Source: Chloroflexota bacterium (GTDB taxonomy: Bacteria > Chloroflexota > Dehalococcoidia > JACPPY01). From it: a stretch of DNA of 61,446 bases. Below, in pieces: positions 7,813-17,326 of the stretch (positions are counted from its first letter, which is position 1; each line of letters starts with the position of its first letter). The DNA lies in the NCBI GenBank assembly GCA_040754215.1, contig JBFMDE010000002.1:1-61446 (forward strand), read 5' to 3'. The position numbers were made by a program, and so were the translations under genes. The notes under the pieces are model-generated. The model saw nothing but the letters and a program-made list of their open reading frames with translations, was not told where the DNA came from and did not search any database.

Positions 7813-8976
7813 CTAGTAGGGGAGATAGTCGCGCCCCAGTAGCTCGCGGGTGATGACTACCTTCTGTATCTGGGCTGTACCATCTGCCAGTTCATGGCCG
7901 ACCACATCGCGCAGGCGTTGCTCCAGTCCGAATTCCTCGCTGTAGCCCGTGTGGCCGCAGACCAGGATACAATGGTGGATGATCCTGCCGGCGACCTGGG
8001 GTACCCACCACTTGGCCATCGCAGTCTCCTTGGAGTGACGCCTTCCCTGGTCACGCAGCCACAGCGGGCGGTAGGACATCATGCGTGCGGCTTCCAGTAA
8101 CGTGGCTGCTTCGGCGAGCTGGAAGGATACCCCCTCCCAGCGTGCTATGGGCTGTCCGAAGGCCCTGCGCTGTTTGGCATACTCGATGGCCTCCTCCAGG
8201 CTGACTGCGGCCGCGCCGAGGGTCATCAGGCACAGTATCACACGGGCGAAGTCGAAGAATTCCATGGCCAAGTAGAATGCCTGTCCTTCCTGTCCCAGCC
8301 GGTACCTTTCGTGAAGTCGCACGTTGTCCAGGATGAGGGAGGCTGAGCCGTACGACTTGCACCCGGAATAGGGGATGTGTGACCTCACCACCCCTGGCAT
8401 GTCGGCAGGCACCAGGAAAGCGGTTATTGTCTTCGGGCTCCTGCCGGTGGCAGTCTTGGCAGTTATGTAGAACGCCTTGGCCTGCATCCCCATGGTGACG
8501 GCGGTCTTTTCACCTTTGATCAGGTAGTGGTCGCCCTCTCGCACTGCTTTTGTCTCTATGGCTGCCGCGTCAGAGCCGCAGCCGGGCTCGGTGTTGCCGA
8601 AGGCGATTATGGTCTCTCCCCGGCAGACGGGCGTCAGCCACTCGTGAACGAAGTCTCCGGGGTTGGTCTTGATGGCAGCATGCAGCAGCGTGGGGTATGT
8701 GAAGAGGATGGACTCGCTCATGTTTCCGCGGGCTACCTCTTCGGCTGCTATGCCCGCTGATAGAGAGTCACCGGGCTGTCCCCCGTATTCCTCCGGCATG
8801 TTGATGCCCAGTAGGCCCATCTCTCCCAGCCTTCTCACTACCCACGGCTCCACGAAGTCCTGCTTGGCACGCTTCCTGGCTGTGGCAAGCAACTCGCGAC
8901 GGACAAACTGCCTCACGTTGTCGCGGAGCATCAGGTGCGCTTCGGAGAGGCCAAACTCTGCTGTTCTCTCGGTCAT
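7813..8976 (-). CDS. Acyl-CoA dehydrogenase
   Basis: 387 aa with the typical ACAD three-domain pattern (FGNTEPGCGSD, C-terminal IYEGT-like AQIQK region). Confidence 0.9.
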   Translation of the reverse strand: MTERTAEFGLSEAHLMLRDNVRQFVRRELLATARKRAKQDFVEPWVVRRLGEMGLLGINMPEEYGGQPGDSLSAGIAAEEVARGNMSESILFTYPTLLHAAIKTNPGDFVHEWLTPVCRGETIIAFGNTEPGCGSDAAAIETKAVREGDHYLIKGEKTAVTMGMQAKAFYITAKTATGRSPKTITAFLVPADMPGVVRSHIPYSGCKSYGSASLILDNVRLHERYRLGQEGQAFYLAMEFFDFARVILCLMTLGAAAVSLEEAIEYAKQRRAFGQPIARWEGVSFQLAEAATLLEAARMMSYRPLWLRDQGRRHSKETAMAKWWVPQVAGRIIHHCILVCGHTGYSEEFGLEQRLRDVVGHELADGTAQIQKVVITRELLGRDYLPY

Positions 8977-9027
8977 GCAGTCCGTTCCTTCCCTTCATTG
9001 GGTGTATGCCATGGCTAGCGAGACCCC

Positions 9028-10581
9028 TCACATCTGCAGGTTGCCGTGCTTTTTCTCTGGCCTGTGGTCCTGCTTATTCTGCAGTACCTCCAGAGTCGCG
9101 ATCAGCCTGGCGCGCGTCTCCTCTGGCTCGATGACATCGTCAATGTAGCCCCGTTCGGCGGCTACATATGGATTGACGTAATACTCAGCATACTCGGCTA
9201 TTCTTCTTGCTTTGACCTCCTCCGGGTTGGCCGCGGCGGCGATCTCCTTGGCGTAGAGCACGCTGGCGGCGGTAGCGGGGCCAACCAGGGCTATCTCTGC
9301 GGTGGGCCAGGCGAACATGAGGTCTGCCCCGATAGGCTTGTTGCACATGGAGAGCTGTGCCCCGGCATAGGAATGGCGGACCACCAGTGTAACCTTTGGC
9401 ACCGTGGCCTCGGTGTAGGCGTAGAGCATCTTGGAGCCGTGGCGTATGATCCCTTTGTACTCCTCGTCCCTCCCTATCATCACTGCTGGCGAGTCCTGGA
9501 ACTGGACCAACGGAACGTTGAAGGAGTCGCAAATACGGACGAACCTGGCCAGCTTGTCCGAAGCGTCAACATCTATGACGCCGCCTTTCACCGTTGACTG
9601 GTTGGCCACGATACCCACAGAATGCCCGCCGAGGCGGGCGAACCCGGTGATCATGTTGGGGGCGAAGTCGCGTTTGACCTGCAGCATGTGGCCGTTGTCC
9701 ACGACCTGGAGGATGAGCTTGCACATATCGAAAGGCGCACGTGAGTCGTCAGGCAGCAGCCCAAGGATGCCCTTGTTAGCACGTGGGGCTGTATCTCCTG
9801 TGTCCAGCCATTGGGGCCTCTCGCCGCTGTGTGAGGGCAGATAGGAGAGCAGTTCCTTAGTGAGTTCCATGGCATGGGCATCGTCCTCCGCCACCAGGTC
9901 GGCCAGCCCCGTGATCCTGCTGTGCACCTCAGCGCCACCCAGTTCATCGGCGGTGGCCTCGTAGCCGAGCATTGTTTTGACAAAAGCAGGCCCGCCCATA
10001 TACATAAAAGCTGTCCTCCTGGCCATGATGATGAAGTCGGTAAGCGCTGGCCCATAGGCTGCTCCACCACCACAGTGCCCTAGCAGCAGTGAGACCTGCG
10101 GGATCACCCCGTTGCATAGCGTATGACGCCGGAAGAGCAGGGCGTACCATTCGCTGGAGTCCTGTCCTTCCTGGAGTCTGGCGCCGCCGGAATCGATCAT
10201 CATGATGAAGGGACATCGGGCGGCGAGGGCGAGGTCAATCGCCTTACATGCCTTCTTACCGTGCATCTCTCCGTATGTGCCGGCGGCTACGGTGAAGTCC
10301 TCCGCAGCGACGAATACAGGCCGTCCCGACACCTTGCCATATCCAGTGACGATGGCATCTGCTGGTAGTTCCTTCCCCTCCATGCCGAAGGCCGAACACC
10401 GATGCTTCACCAGGGGGTCAATCTCCTGGAATGTCCCGGAATCCAGGAGCCTATCTATGCGCTCACGCGCGGTCAACTTTCCCATGGAGTGCTGTTGTTC
10501 AGTCTGTCTGGCTCCGCCCATCTGGAGTATCCGAGACTTCCGTCTTCTCAGCTCCTCCAGCTTTCGTAGATTTGAGTCCAC
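9028..10581 (-). CDS. Acyl-CoA carboxylase carboxyltransferase subunit (PccB / methylmalonyl-CoA decarboxylase alpha-like)
   Basis: The track ORF runs to 10884, but homology starts at LRKLEELRRR..GKLTARERI. GTG at 10581 follows AAGGAGAGGAG. The upstream extension overlaps the neighbouring ACAD gene. Confidence 0.85.
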   Translation of the reverse strand: MDSNLRKLEELRRRKSRILQMGGARQTEQQHSMGKLTARERIDRLLDSGTFQEIDPLVKHRCSAFGMEGKELPADAIVTGYGKVSGRPVFVAAEDFTVAAGTYGEMHGKKACKAIDLALAARCPFIMMIDSGGARLQEGQDSSEWYALLFRRHTLCNGVIPQVSLLLGHCGGGAAYGPALTDFIIMARRTAFMYMGGPAFVKTMLGYEATADELGGAEVHSRITGLADLVAEDDAHAMELTKELLSYLPSHSGERPQWLDTGDTAPRANKGILGLLPDDSRAPFDMCKLILQVVDNGHMLQVKRDFAPNMITGFARLGGHSVGIVANQSTVKGGVIDVDASDKLARFVRICDSFNVPLVQFQDSPAVMIGRDEEYKGIIRHGSKMLYAYTEATVPKVTLVVRHSYAGAQLSMCNKPIGADLMFAWPTAEIALVGPATAASVLYAKEIAAAANPEEVKARRIAEYAEYYVNPYVAAERGYIDDVIEPEETRARLIATLEVLQNKQDHRPEKKHGNLQM

Positions 10582-10616
10582 CAGTTGTCTCCTCTCCTTA
10601 CCGGGATTTGATATCC

Positions 10617-11828
10617 TTACTTTGAGGGCAACCCCAGTCCCCTGAGTGCCACGATGTTGCGGAGGATTTCCGACGTCCCTCCGCCGATGGTCTGCATTAC
10701 GGACCTCAGGTAGCAGGTAGCCGGTAGGCCATGGAACAGCCTGTGTTTCGACGAGGGTAGTAACTGCCCGTGAAGGCCAAGAATCCGGGTCGCTGTATTG
10801 GCCAGACGCTGCTGGAACTCCGCTCCGTATGTCTTGGCCATAGCCGCCTCGTAGGTGGGCACCTTTCCCTCCGTGAGTATCCATGCGACCCGGTAGATCA
10901 ACAAGCGTCCAACCTCCATCTCCACCGCAAGCTCCGACAGCTTGGCCCTGACAACTGCGTCCGCCACCGGCTGCTCCCGTTTGCCATGCGTTTTCAGGAC
11001 ATAGGCCATCACGTCGCCGAACAAGAGGTAGTTGCCCATCAGGCGTTCGATTCCGGCACGCTCGTAGTCGAGTTGTTTCACTATCTGGTTCCAGCCCTGG
11101 TTCCGCTGTCCCAGCAGCGTGCTGCCGGGAAGCCGCACGTTATCCAGGTACACTTCGTTGAAGTCGTGACCGCCGGCCATGTCTAACAGCGGACGGACGG
11201 TGATCCCTGGCAGTCCAAGTTCTACGATGAACTCGCTGAGGCCGCGGTGTTTTGGCACACTCGGGTCGGTGCGGGCCACCAGGTACATGAATGAGGCGCG
11301 GTGCGCGTTGGTGATGTACGTCTTCTGACCGTTGACTATGTAGCCGCTGCCATCCCATTGTGCGCGTGTGGTGAGTGAAGCCAGGTCCGAGCCTGCCCCT
11401 GGTTCGCTCATGCCGATGCAGAAGCTGACCTCTGCCTGACTTATGCGCGGCAGGAACCATTGTTTCTGGTCTTCGCTCCCATGGGCCAGGATGGCTGGGC
11501 CCACCTGACGGTCGGCATGCCAGTGGTATGCCACCGGGGCGCCCGCACGCATCATCTCCTCTGTCAGGACCAGCCGGTCTAGGTATGTACGTCCCTGTCC
11601 CCCGTACTGCGCCGGCCAGGTCATGCCGATCCAGCCTCTTGCAGCAAGCTTGTGTGAGAGTTCCGGCGACCATCCTATTAGCCAGCCATCGTACAATGGC
11701 GTGAAGGAGCCACGAGCGTGCTCGGCGCTGAGGAACCGCCTTGCTTCGTCGCGGAAGGTTTCTTGCTCGGGCGTGAGACCGAACCTCACGTTTACATGCT
11801 CCCCTTCCGGCTTGCTAGCTGTACACAT
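10617..11828 (-). CDS. Acyl-CoA dehydrogenase
   Basis: 403 aa with an ACAD pattern (GMSEPGAGSDLAS, GGTSEILRNI). The exact start is uncertain. Confidence 0.9.
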   Translation of the reverse strand: MCTASKPEGEHVNVRFGLTPEQETFRDEARRFLSAEHARGSFTPLYDGWLIGWSPELSHKLAARGWIGMTWPAQYGGQGRTYLDRLVLTEEMMRAGAPVAYHWHADRQVGPAILAHGSEDQKQWFLPRISQAEVSFCIGMSEPGAGSDLASLTTRAQWDGSGYIVNGQKTYITNAHRASFMYLVARTDPSVPKHRGLSEFIVELGLPGITVRPLLDMAGGHDFNEVYLDNVRLPGSTLLGQRNQGWNQIVKQLDYERAGIERLMGNYLLFGDVMAYVLKTHGKREQPVADAVVRAKLSELAVEMEVGRLLIYRVAWILTEGKVPTYEAAMAKTYGAEFQQRLANTATRILGLHGQLLPSSKHRLFHGLPATCYLRSVMQTIGGGTSEILRNIVALRGLGLPSK

Positions 11829-11914
11829 GTTGCCCCCGGCTCGCAGGGTGAGTGCCCCTGCTCTCCGAAAGGCAAGGTTGATTCCCCCTGTTGATACCTG
11901 TTACACTGTGCGCC

Positions 11915-12415
11915 ATGAATAAGTCAAAATTCGACGCATTAGATTGGGCCATAGCCTCCCAGTTGTCGGAAAACGCGAGGTTGTCCACGAGGAAGATTGC
12001 CGCTAAGTTGCCGCTCAGCGAGGCGACGGTGCGCAGAAGGTTGAAGCGCCTGGTAGATGCCGATGCTATCTGCCTGCGGGCCTTGATCGACCCGGTGTTC
12101 TTGGGTTTTAACATCTGTGCGCTGGTTGGACTGAGCGTGCGCATGGACAATGTAAGCAAAGTCGTCGAGTTCCTGCGCCGGTGTGACAACGTAGTCTATG
12201 TGGCCATCGTCTCTGGCCGCTTCGATGTTATGCTCATGGGTGTGTTCCAGTCGGTGGATGACCTGCTCAAGTTCATGGAGACCGAGGTCGGGACTCTGGA
12301 TGGAGTCAAGGGGACTGAGACTCTCATATCCCTCCGCATTGAGAAAGGAAAGCACATATACTTGGGCGCCCAGGCAAAGCGGCGCGCTCACCACCAGCCC
12401 GATTCCAAGGCCTGA
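11915..12415 (+). CDS. Lrp/AsnC-family transcriptional regulator
   Basis: Starts at ATG 11915 (MNKSKFDALD). N-terminal HTH (ARLSTRKIAAKLPLSEATVRRRL) plus a C-terminal RAM-like domain. Divergent from the ACAD gene. Confidence 0.85.
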   Translation: MNKSKFDALDWAIASQLSENARLSTRKIAAKLPLSEATVRRRLKRLVDADAICLRALIDPVFLGFNICALVGLSVRMDNVSKVVEFLRRCDNVVYVAIVSGRFDVMLMGVFQSVDDLLKFMETEVGTLDGVKGTETLISLRIEKGKHIYLGAQAKRRAHHQPDSKA

Positions 12416-12420
12416 TTCGC

Positions 12421-13650
12421 TCATGGAGCTCCTATTATGGTGACGCCGGCGACGAACTTGCCGGGGTGTCCACCCTGGTTGTGCGCCAGTCCCAGGCGGG
12501 GGTTCTTGAGCTGTCTTGATGGTTTCTCCGCCTTTCCCTGGTATTGCTTGTAGAACTCGTACACCTCCCGGCAGCCGCTGGCCCCTAGCGGATGGCCGAA
12601 GGACTTGAGGCCACCACTGATGTTGATCGGTATTTCTCCCTCCTGTGTCCAGGCCCCGGACTCAATGTCCTCCCGGCCGTGGCCCTTCTCGCAGATTCCC
12701 AGAGACTCCACGGCGATGACCTCGGCGATGGAGAAGCAGTCGTGTACCTCAGCCAGGTCCAGTTCTTTGCGGGGGTCCCTTATCCCGGCCTCCCGGTAGG
12801 CGTACCTGGCGGCATACTCTGTCTCCGGCCAGGAGGTGTAGTCGTAGTCAGTCCTCTCTTTGCCCCAGCCGGGCCCGGCGGCGATGCCGAGGCCTTTGAT
12901 GGTGATGTAGTCCTTGCGGAAGCTCTTGGCCTCTGAGGCGCGACAGAGCACGGCGGCGGCGGCGCCATCGGTGACGCCGCAGCAGTCGAACAGGCCTAGG
13001 GGCCAGGCGATGATGGGGGCACTCATGGCCTGCTCAACGGTTATCTCCCTCTGTAGGTGCGCACGCGGGTTCCTGGCGCCATTGTGGTGGCTTTTCACCG
13101 AGACCATGGCGAGCATCTTCTTCCCTTGCTCTGCGCTGAGGCCGTAGCGGGCGAAGTACCTTGTGGCTGCCATGGCATAGCGACCGGGTGCGGTGCCTCC
13201 CATGCCGTACACCGGGCTGTAGCGCCCGGGCTGGATGACGCCCAGGCCACCGAACCCGACGTCCTTGAGCTTCTCCACGCCGATGACCAGCACTACGTCA
13301 TAGGCCCCGGCCCCGATGGCGTAGGCAGCGCCCCTGATGGACTCGGCGCCGGTGCCACAGGCGTTCTCCACCCTGGTCACCGGCAAGTACTGAAGGGAGA
13401 GTGCCGCGGAGGCCAGGCTACCGGTGACGATGCCTCCGCCCTCTGCCGACTGGCTACCCCAGACCGACCCCAGCCATACCGCCTGGATGTCCTTGATGTC
13501 GGCCCCGGCATCCTCCAGGGCTTCAAAGGTCGCCTCATAGATGAGGTCGTTGATGTCCTTGTCCCAGTGCTCCCCGAACCTGGTGCAGCCCATGCCCACG
13601 ATAGCTACTTTATCTTTTGTGCTCTCGGCCATCTTCTGCTCCTTTCTCAC
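12421..13650 (-). CDS. SCP-x-type thiolase (acetyl-CoA C-acyltransferase family)
   Basis: 409 aa. VAIVGMGCTRFG, NACGTG (nucleophile Cys) and GHPLGASGC motifs. ATGA start/stop overlap with the upstream gene. Confidence 0.85.
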   Translation of the reverse strand: MRKEQKMAESTKDKVAIVGMGCTRFGEHWDKDINDLIYEATFEALEDAGADIKDIQAVWLGSVWGSQSAEGGGIVTGSLASAALSLQYLPVTRVENACGTGAESIRGAAYAIGAGAYDVVLVIGVEKLKDVGFGGLGVIQPGRYSPVYGMGGTAPGRYAMAATRYFARYGLSAEQGKKMLAMVSVKSHHNGARNPRAHLQREITVEQAMSAPIIAWPLGLFDCCGVTDGAAAAVLCRASEAKSFRKDYITIKGLGIAAGPGWGKERTDYDYTSWPETEYAARYAYREAGIRDPRKELDLAEVHDCFSIAEVIAVESLGICEKGHGREDIESGAWTQEGEIPINISGGLKSFGHPLGASGCREVYEFYKQYQGKAEKPSRQLKNPRLGLAHNQGGHPGKFVAGVTIIGAP

Positions 13651-15065
13651 TGTTCCCGGCAGGGGCGCAGCTTCCAGAAGTAGTTGTGGATGCCCAGGGC
13701 ATCGTGTATCCTGCGGAAGGTGGGCTCCATACGCATGCCCACCTTTATCTTCGCCGGGTCACGGTCGGTGACCTGACCATAGAGCCTGCCCCCTCCATCC
13801 AGGTCCACTGCCGCCAGTACGTTGGGCGGGTCTGGCACCGGCGTCCGCTCGTCCAGGCTGAAGGTGAACAGAGAGCCCTTCTTATCTGAGAGCCTGACCT
13901 CGTCGAAGTCCTTTCTCGCCTGGCAGTAGATACACACGTTCTGCATCGGGAACTGGATATTGCCGCACTGGCGACACCTGTGCCCTCTCAGACGGTACAC
14001 CATCTTGCGGTCCCGCCACAGTAGCGGCAGCGAGGTGCGAAAGCGGTACTCCAAGCTGGGTTCGGGCTCCATCAGGTTGCGGAAGCGGATGTACTTGCCG
14101 TAGTTGGTGAGGAGGTCTTTAGATGATAGATGACGCTTCACGCCACGGCGGTCGCGCACCGCTTCGACCTTCCCTGTAGTGCGGAAGGAGAAGGCAGCGG
14201 CCCCGTCCCCGTAGGTGCCGAAGAGCACCCTGTCCCCGGCCCTGGCCTCCTCCAGGGCGGCCACCAGAAGCATCGGGGCGAAGGCGGCCCCTGTGTTGCC
14301 CAGGACATCGAATAGGGGGTTCTGCACCTGTTTATTCGCATCCAGATTCAGCGTGCGGGCCATTGCGGTGTGCGTACGGGCGTCGGGCGCGTAGAAGACG
14401 GCTTTGGCGAAGTCTTGTGGACTGGCATTGAGCTTCTTCAGCAGGCCGGACACGGCCGCGGGCAGTAACCTGTTGTAGCCTTCCTCAATGATGAACCGTT
14501 CCTCCCAGGTGCGCGGGCCGGCATCGGTGTCCAACCGCCACACGTCTAGGAACTCACTGGAGAGGGCATGGCTGCCCTCGACCTCGGCTATGACGCCGTC
14601 CTTACCGACGATGAAAGCGGCGGCGCCGTCGCCGAAGAGGAGCTCCGATGCCGAGCCGGGGTGTGGCAGTCGCGAATCGGAGGCCACCACCAGCACCTGG
14701 CGTGCCGACCCCGCGGTGACGGCGTCTAGGGCTGCCTGCAGCGCGCTGGCTGCGGCGCGCAGGGAACTGGTGAAGTCCGCGCTGTGAAGGTCATCGCGCA
14801 GGTCGCAGGCAGCAGCCACTATGCTGGCGGAGAGCTTCTCCTTATAGGGCAGCGTGGTGGAGGCGAGGTAGAGGGCATCTATCTGAGTGCGGTCAATGCC
14901 GTTCAGGCAGTCGAGGGCTGCCTCCACCGCCATGGTGATGCTGTCCTCGTCTACGTTGGCCACCGCCCGCTCGCCCTTGCCCCTGCTGCCCCAGACCCGT
15001 GACAGCACCTCACCGCTGAGTCGGTATATCGGGACGTAGGCCCCGTAGCTGACTATGCCTGACAT
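13647..15065 (-). CDS. HMG-CoA-synthase-like domain fused to a DUF35-type zinc-ribbon/OB-fold domain
   Basis: ATG 15065 is preceded by AAAGGAGG. The N-terminus IVSYGAYVPIYRL..VWG is archaeal-HMGCS-like. The C-terminus has CRQCGN..CIYCQ plus an OB-like tail. The track ORF extends spuriously to 15341. Confidence 0.8.
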   Translation of the reverse strand: MSGIVSYGAYVPIYRLSGEVLSRVWGSRGKGERAVANVDEDSITMAVEAALDCLNGIDRTQIDALYLASTTLPYKEKLSASIVAAACDLRDDLHSADFTSSLRAAASALQAALDAVTAGSARQVLVVASDSRLPHPGSASELLFGDGAAAFIVGKDGVIAEVEGSHALSSEFLDVWRLDTDAGPRTWEERFIIEEGYNRLLPAAVSGLLKKLNASPQDFAKAVFYAPDARTHTAMARTLNLDANKQVQNPLFDVLGNTGAAFAPMLLVAALEEARAGDRVLFGTYGDGAAAFSFRTTGKVEAVRDRRGVKRHLSSKDLLTNYGKYIRFRNLMEPEPSLEYRFRTSLPLLWRDRKMVYRLRGHRCRQCGNIQFPMQNVCIYCQARKDFDEVRLSDKKGSLFTFSLDERTPVPDPPNVLAAVDLDGGGRLYGQVTDRDPAKIKVGMRMEPTFRRIHDALGIHNYFWKLRPCREQ

Positions 15066-15088
15066 TGTGATGCCTCCTTTTGTTAGGT

Positions 15089-16006
15089 TCAGTTGGCCTT
15101 CAGTTTGAACACCTTGAGGGCGTTCTCCCGCAAGACCTTCCTCTTGGTCTCGTCCTTGATGGGCAGCTCGAGGAACTCCTTCTTGCACCGCGTCAGGCCG
15201 AACCCGTTGCTGGCCCAGAGTACCTTGTCCTGGCCGCGGACGCTGTCCATGAACCGCACCTGTGCGGGGTCGAGGGAAGACGGATAGTAGGCGCCGATGT
15301 TGCCGTAGACATTGGGGTGCTTCCAGACCATTGACATCCACTCCTCGACCCAGGGCCAGCCGGTATGGGTGAGCACCAGGGTTAGCTCGGGAAAGTCCAG
15401 TGCAACCTCGTCTGCATACATGGGGCGCCCCGGTTCACTGGGCAGAGGCTCTGCCGACTGTCCCGACTGGTAGCAGCACGGTATCCCGAGTTCGATGCAC
15501 TTGGCGTAGAGCGGGTACATCTGCTTGTCGTTGGGCCTCAGGCCGAAGGTTATCGGATGAGCCCACACATACTTGAACCCATAGTCCTTGACCGCCCGTT
15601 CTACGGCCTCCAGGCTCTCCTTGATTCGGAACGGGTTGTACCCGGCACCTCCGACCACCCTGCCTTTCGTTTCCCTGCTTATCTCGGCTAGGGTTTCGAT
15701 GGTGTAGTTGCCCCATAGCCTGTGTTCACGGCGTGACCAGCCAATCATCTGGTCCATGAACACATACTCCACCCCGATGGCGTCCATCTCCTTGAGCATC
15801 TCCTGTACTGAGCCCTTGCCCATTGCGGCCAGCACCTTCCATTCCTCGCCAGGACCCGCACCGATGCGCTTCAGCACCCCGCCGAAGGTGCTCACCGCCA
15901 TGACCTGAAACTCATAGAAGTGGAACAGCTCCTTGGTCTTTTCCGGGGGCAGGCAGTAGAATGGGCGGCACATCGAGTCAATGGCCTTGATTTCACCTAG
16001 CTCCAT
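15089..16006 (-). CDS. Amidohydrolase-2 family metal-dependent hydrolase/decarboxylase
   Basis: 305 aa. TIM-barrel amidohydrolase_2-like pattern (VLTHTGWPW, HP near the centre). Family-level call only. Confidence 0.7.
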   Translation of the reverse strand: MELGEIKAIDSMCRPFYCLPPEKTKELFHFYEFQVMAVSTFGGVLKRIGAGPGEEWKVLAAMGKGSVQEMLKEMDAIGVEYVFMDQMIGWSRREHRLWGNYTIETLAEISRETKGRVVGGAGYNPFRIKESLEAVERAVKDYGFKYVWAHPITFGLRPNDKQMYPLYAKCIELGIPCCYQSGQSAEPLPSEPGRPMYADEVALDFPELTLVLTHTGWPWVEEWMSMVWKHPNVYGNIGAYYPSSLDPAQVRFMDSVRGQDKVLWASNGFGLTRCKKEFLELPIKDETKRKVLRENALKVFKLKAN

Positions 16007-16078
16007 GGTCGCACCTCCATACTTCGTGTTGACATCTGCTGGACAGCCTCGCGCTATGTCCCTTGTGGGCAGTGCACT

Positions 16079-17206
16079 CTACCTACCGGCTTCGTCCCGC
16101 AGCAGGCCCGACTTCTTGGGGTGGGGGTAGGGATGGCGCCATTTGGGAGCAGCGTAGAGGTCTTGCAGCCTGCGGATACTTCTCTTGTATGCTCTGATGA
16201 GCCGGTCCTCAGCCTCGTAGTCGAATGGGTCCCTGAGCCGCTGTTCTATCTCGCCACCGCGCTCCGGTTGGTTTTCAAGGTACCACTGGACTGTGCGCCT
16301 CAGCGCTTCTGCTGCGGGCACGATGTCCCTGTACCCCAGTTCCCTCTTGACCTTGGTGAGGTCCATGACGCGATGGTTTAGCGCGCCGGACTCGGTTATG
16401 CCGGGTCGGGCGAACATGGCGTAGGGGACAGCAGGCCGGGCCAGTATTGCCGGCATGCTGACCAACTCCCAGTCATGCCCCATGGCACGGGATATGAGCT
16501 GGACCCACTGCCTCACGCTGTGGGCCTGTTCGTCGGCTATGTTGTATATTTGGCCCGCTGACCGCGTTGGCTGTTCTACGCAGAGCAGCACTGCATGGGC
16601 CAGGTTCTCCGCGTAGCCCCTGCTCTCCATCACCAGGCCGCCATCAGGGATGATGATGTGTTTTCTGCCATCCAGGATGCGTCGCAGGATGCTCCACTCG
16701 CCAGGGATAAGCTGCCGCCCGCCATAGACCATGGGGAAGCGGAGTACGGTGGCGTTGTAGTGGCCTTCTTTGTGTCCCTCCATCACCGCCTGCTCTGCCT
16801 GGACCATGAGGCAGGCAAAGCTATCCATGGCGGGGTCGGTTACCAGTGGCGCATCCTCCGGGATGGAGTAAGGTAGGCCCTCGGGAGAATGATTCGGGGC
16901 AAACCAGTTCTGGTATACGGCGACTCCACCGGCGCCGATGAACCTCCTGGTCCTGCCACGCAAGGCCTCTGCCACGTGCCGCAGACGCCCGTACATGGCT
17001 ATCGCCAGGTCGAAGGTGTGAGAGCCCAGGGCTTCAGCGAGCGTTTCTGGGAAGTGGGCATCACCGTGGATGTGTGCTACCTCGGTGGGCAGGTCTATTT
17101 CATGCGTTCCACGGTGGAGGATCGTCACATGGTAGCCACGTTCAAGTAGCCCCCGGATGAGGAACGGACCGGTGGGACCGGTGCCACCGATCACCAGTGC
17201 CTTCAC
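16079..17206 (-). CDS. NAD-dependent epimerase/dehydratase (extended SDR)
   Basis: 375 aa with the N-terminal Rossmann motif MKALVIGGTGPTGPF. Confidence 0.8.
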   Translation of the reverse strand: MKALVIGGTGPTGPFLIRGLLERGYHVTILHRGTHEIDLPTEVAHIHGDAHFPETLAEALGSHTFDLAIAMYGRLRHVAEALRGRTRRFIGAGGVAVYQNWFAPNHSPEGLPYSIPEDAPLVTDPAMDSFACLMVQAEQAVMEGHKEGHYNATVLRFPMVYGGRQLIPGEWSILRRILDGRKHIIIPDGGLVMESRGYAENLAHAVLLCVEQPTRSAGQIYNIADEQAHSVRQWVQLISRAMGHDWELVSMPAILARPAVPYAMFARPGITESGALNHRVMDLTKVKRELGYRDIVPAAEALRRTVQWYLENQPERGGEIEQRLRDPFDYEAEDRLIRAYKRSIRRLQDLYAAPKWRHPYPHPKKSGLLRDEAGR

Positions 17207-17247
17207 TTCTCTTCCCTTTTTCTAGAGCAGGCGATGGGCATTATGAA

Positions 17248-17281
17248 GGGGTGGGTGTCGGACAACCTCGCCTCCCACCCC
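17248..17281 (-). terminator. GC-rich hairpin downstream of the lipoprotein gene
   Basis: GGGGTGGG (17248-17255) pairs with CCCACCCC (17274-17281) around an 18-nt loop. Only a weak T-rich tail follows on the minus strand. Confidence 0.3.
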
Positions 17282-17326
17282 TCGTTTGTCACATTCGCCG
17301 TGGTTGTGCAGAAGCCCCGGGTCGCC

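Noticed and set aside
10582-10884. N-terminal 101-aa extension of the carboxyltransferase ORF in the track
   Set aside because: The extension overlaps the 3' end of the upstream ACAD gene and has no homology-like sequence. A GTG with an excellent AAGGAGAGGAG site at 10581 coincides with the start of the family-typical N-terminus.
15066-15341. N-terminal 92-aa extension of the HMGCS-like ORF in the track
   Set aside because: It overlaps the amidohydrolase gene end and is Arg/Gln/Gly-rich. The ATG at 15065 has AAAGGAGG upstream and begins the conserved IVSYGAYVP motif.
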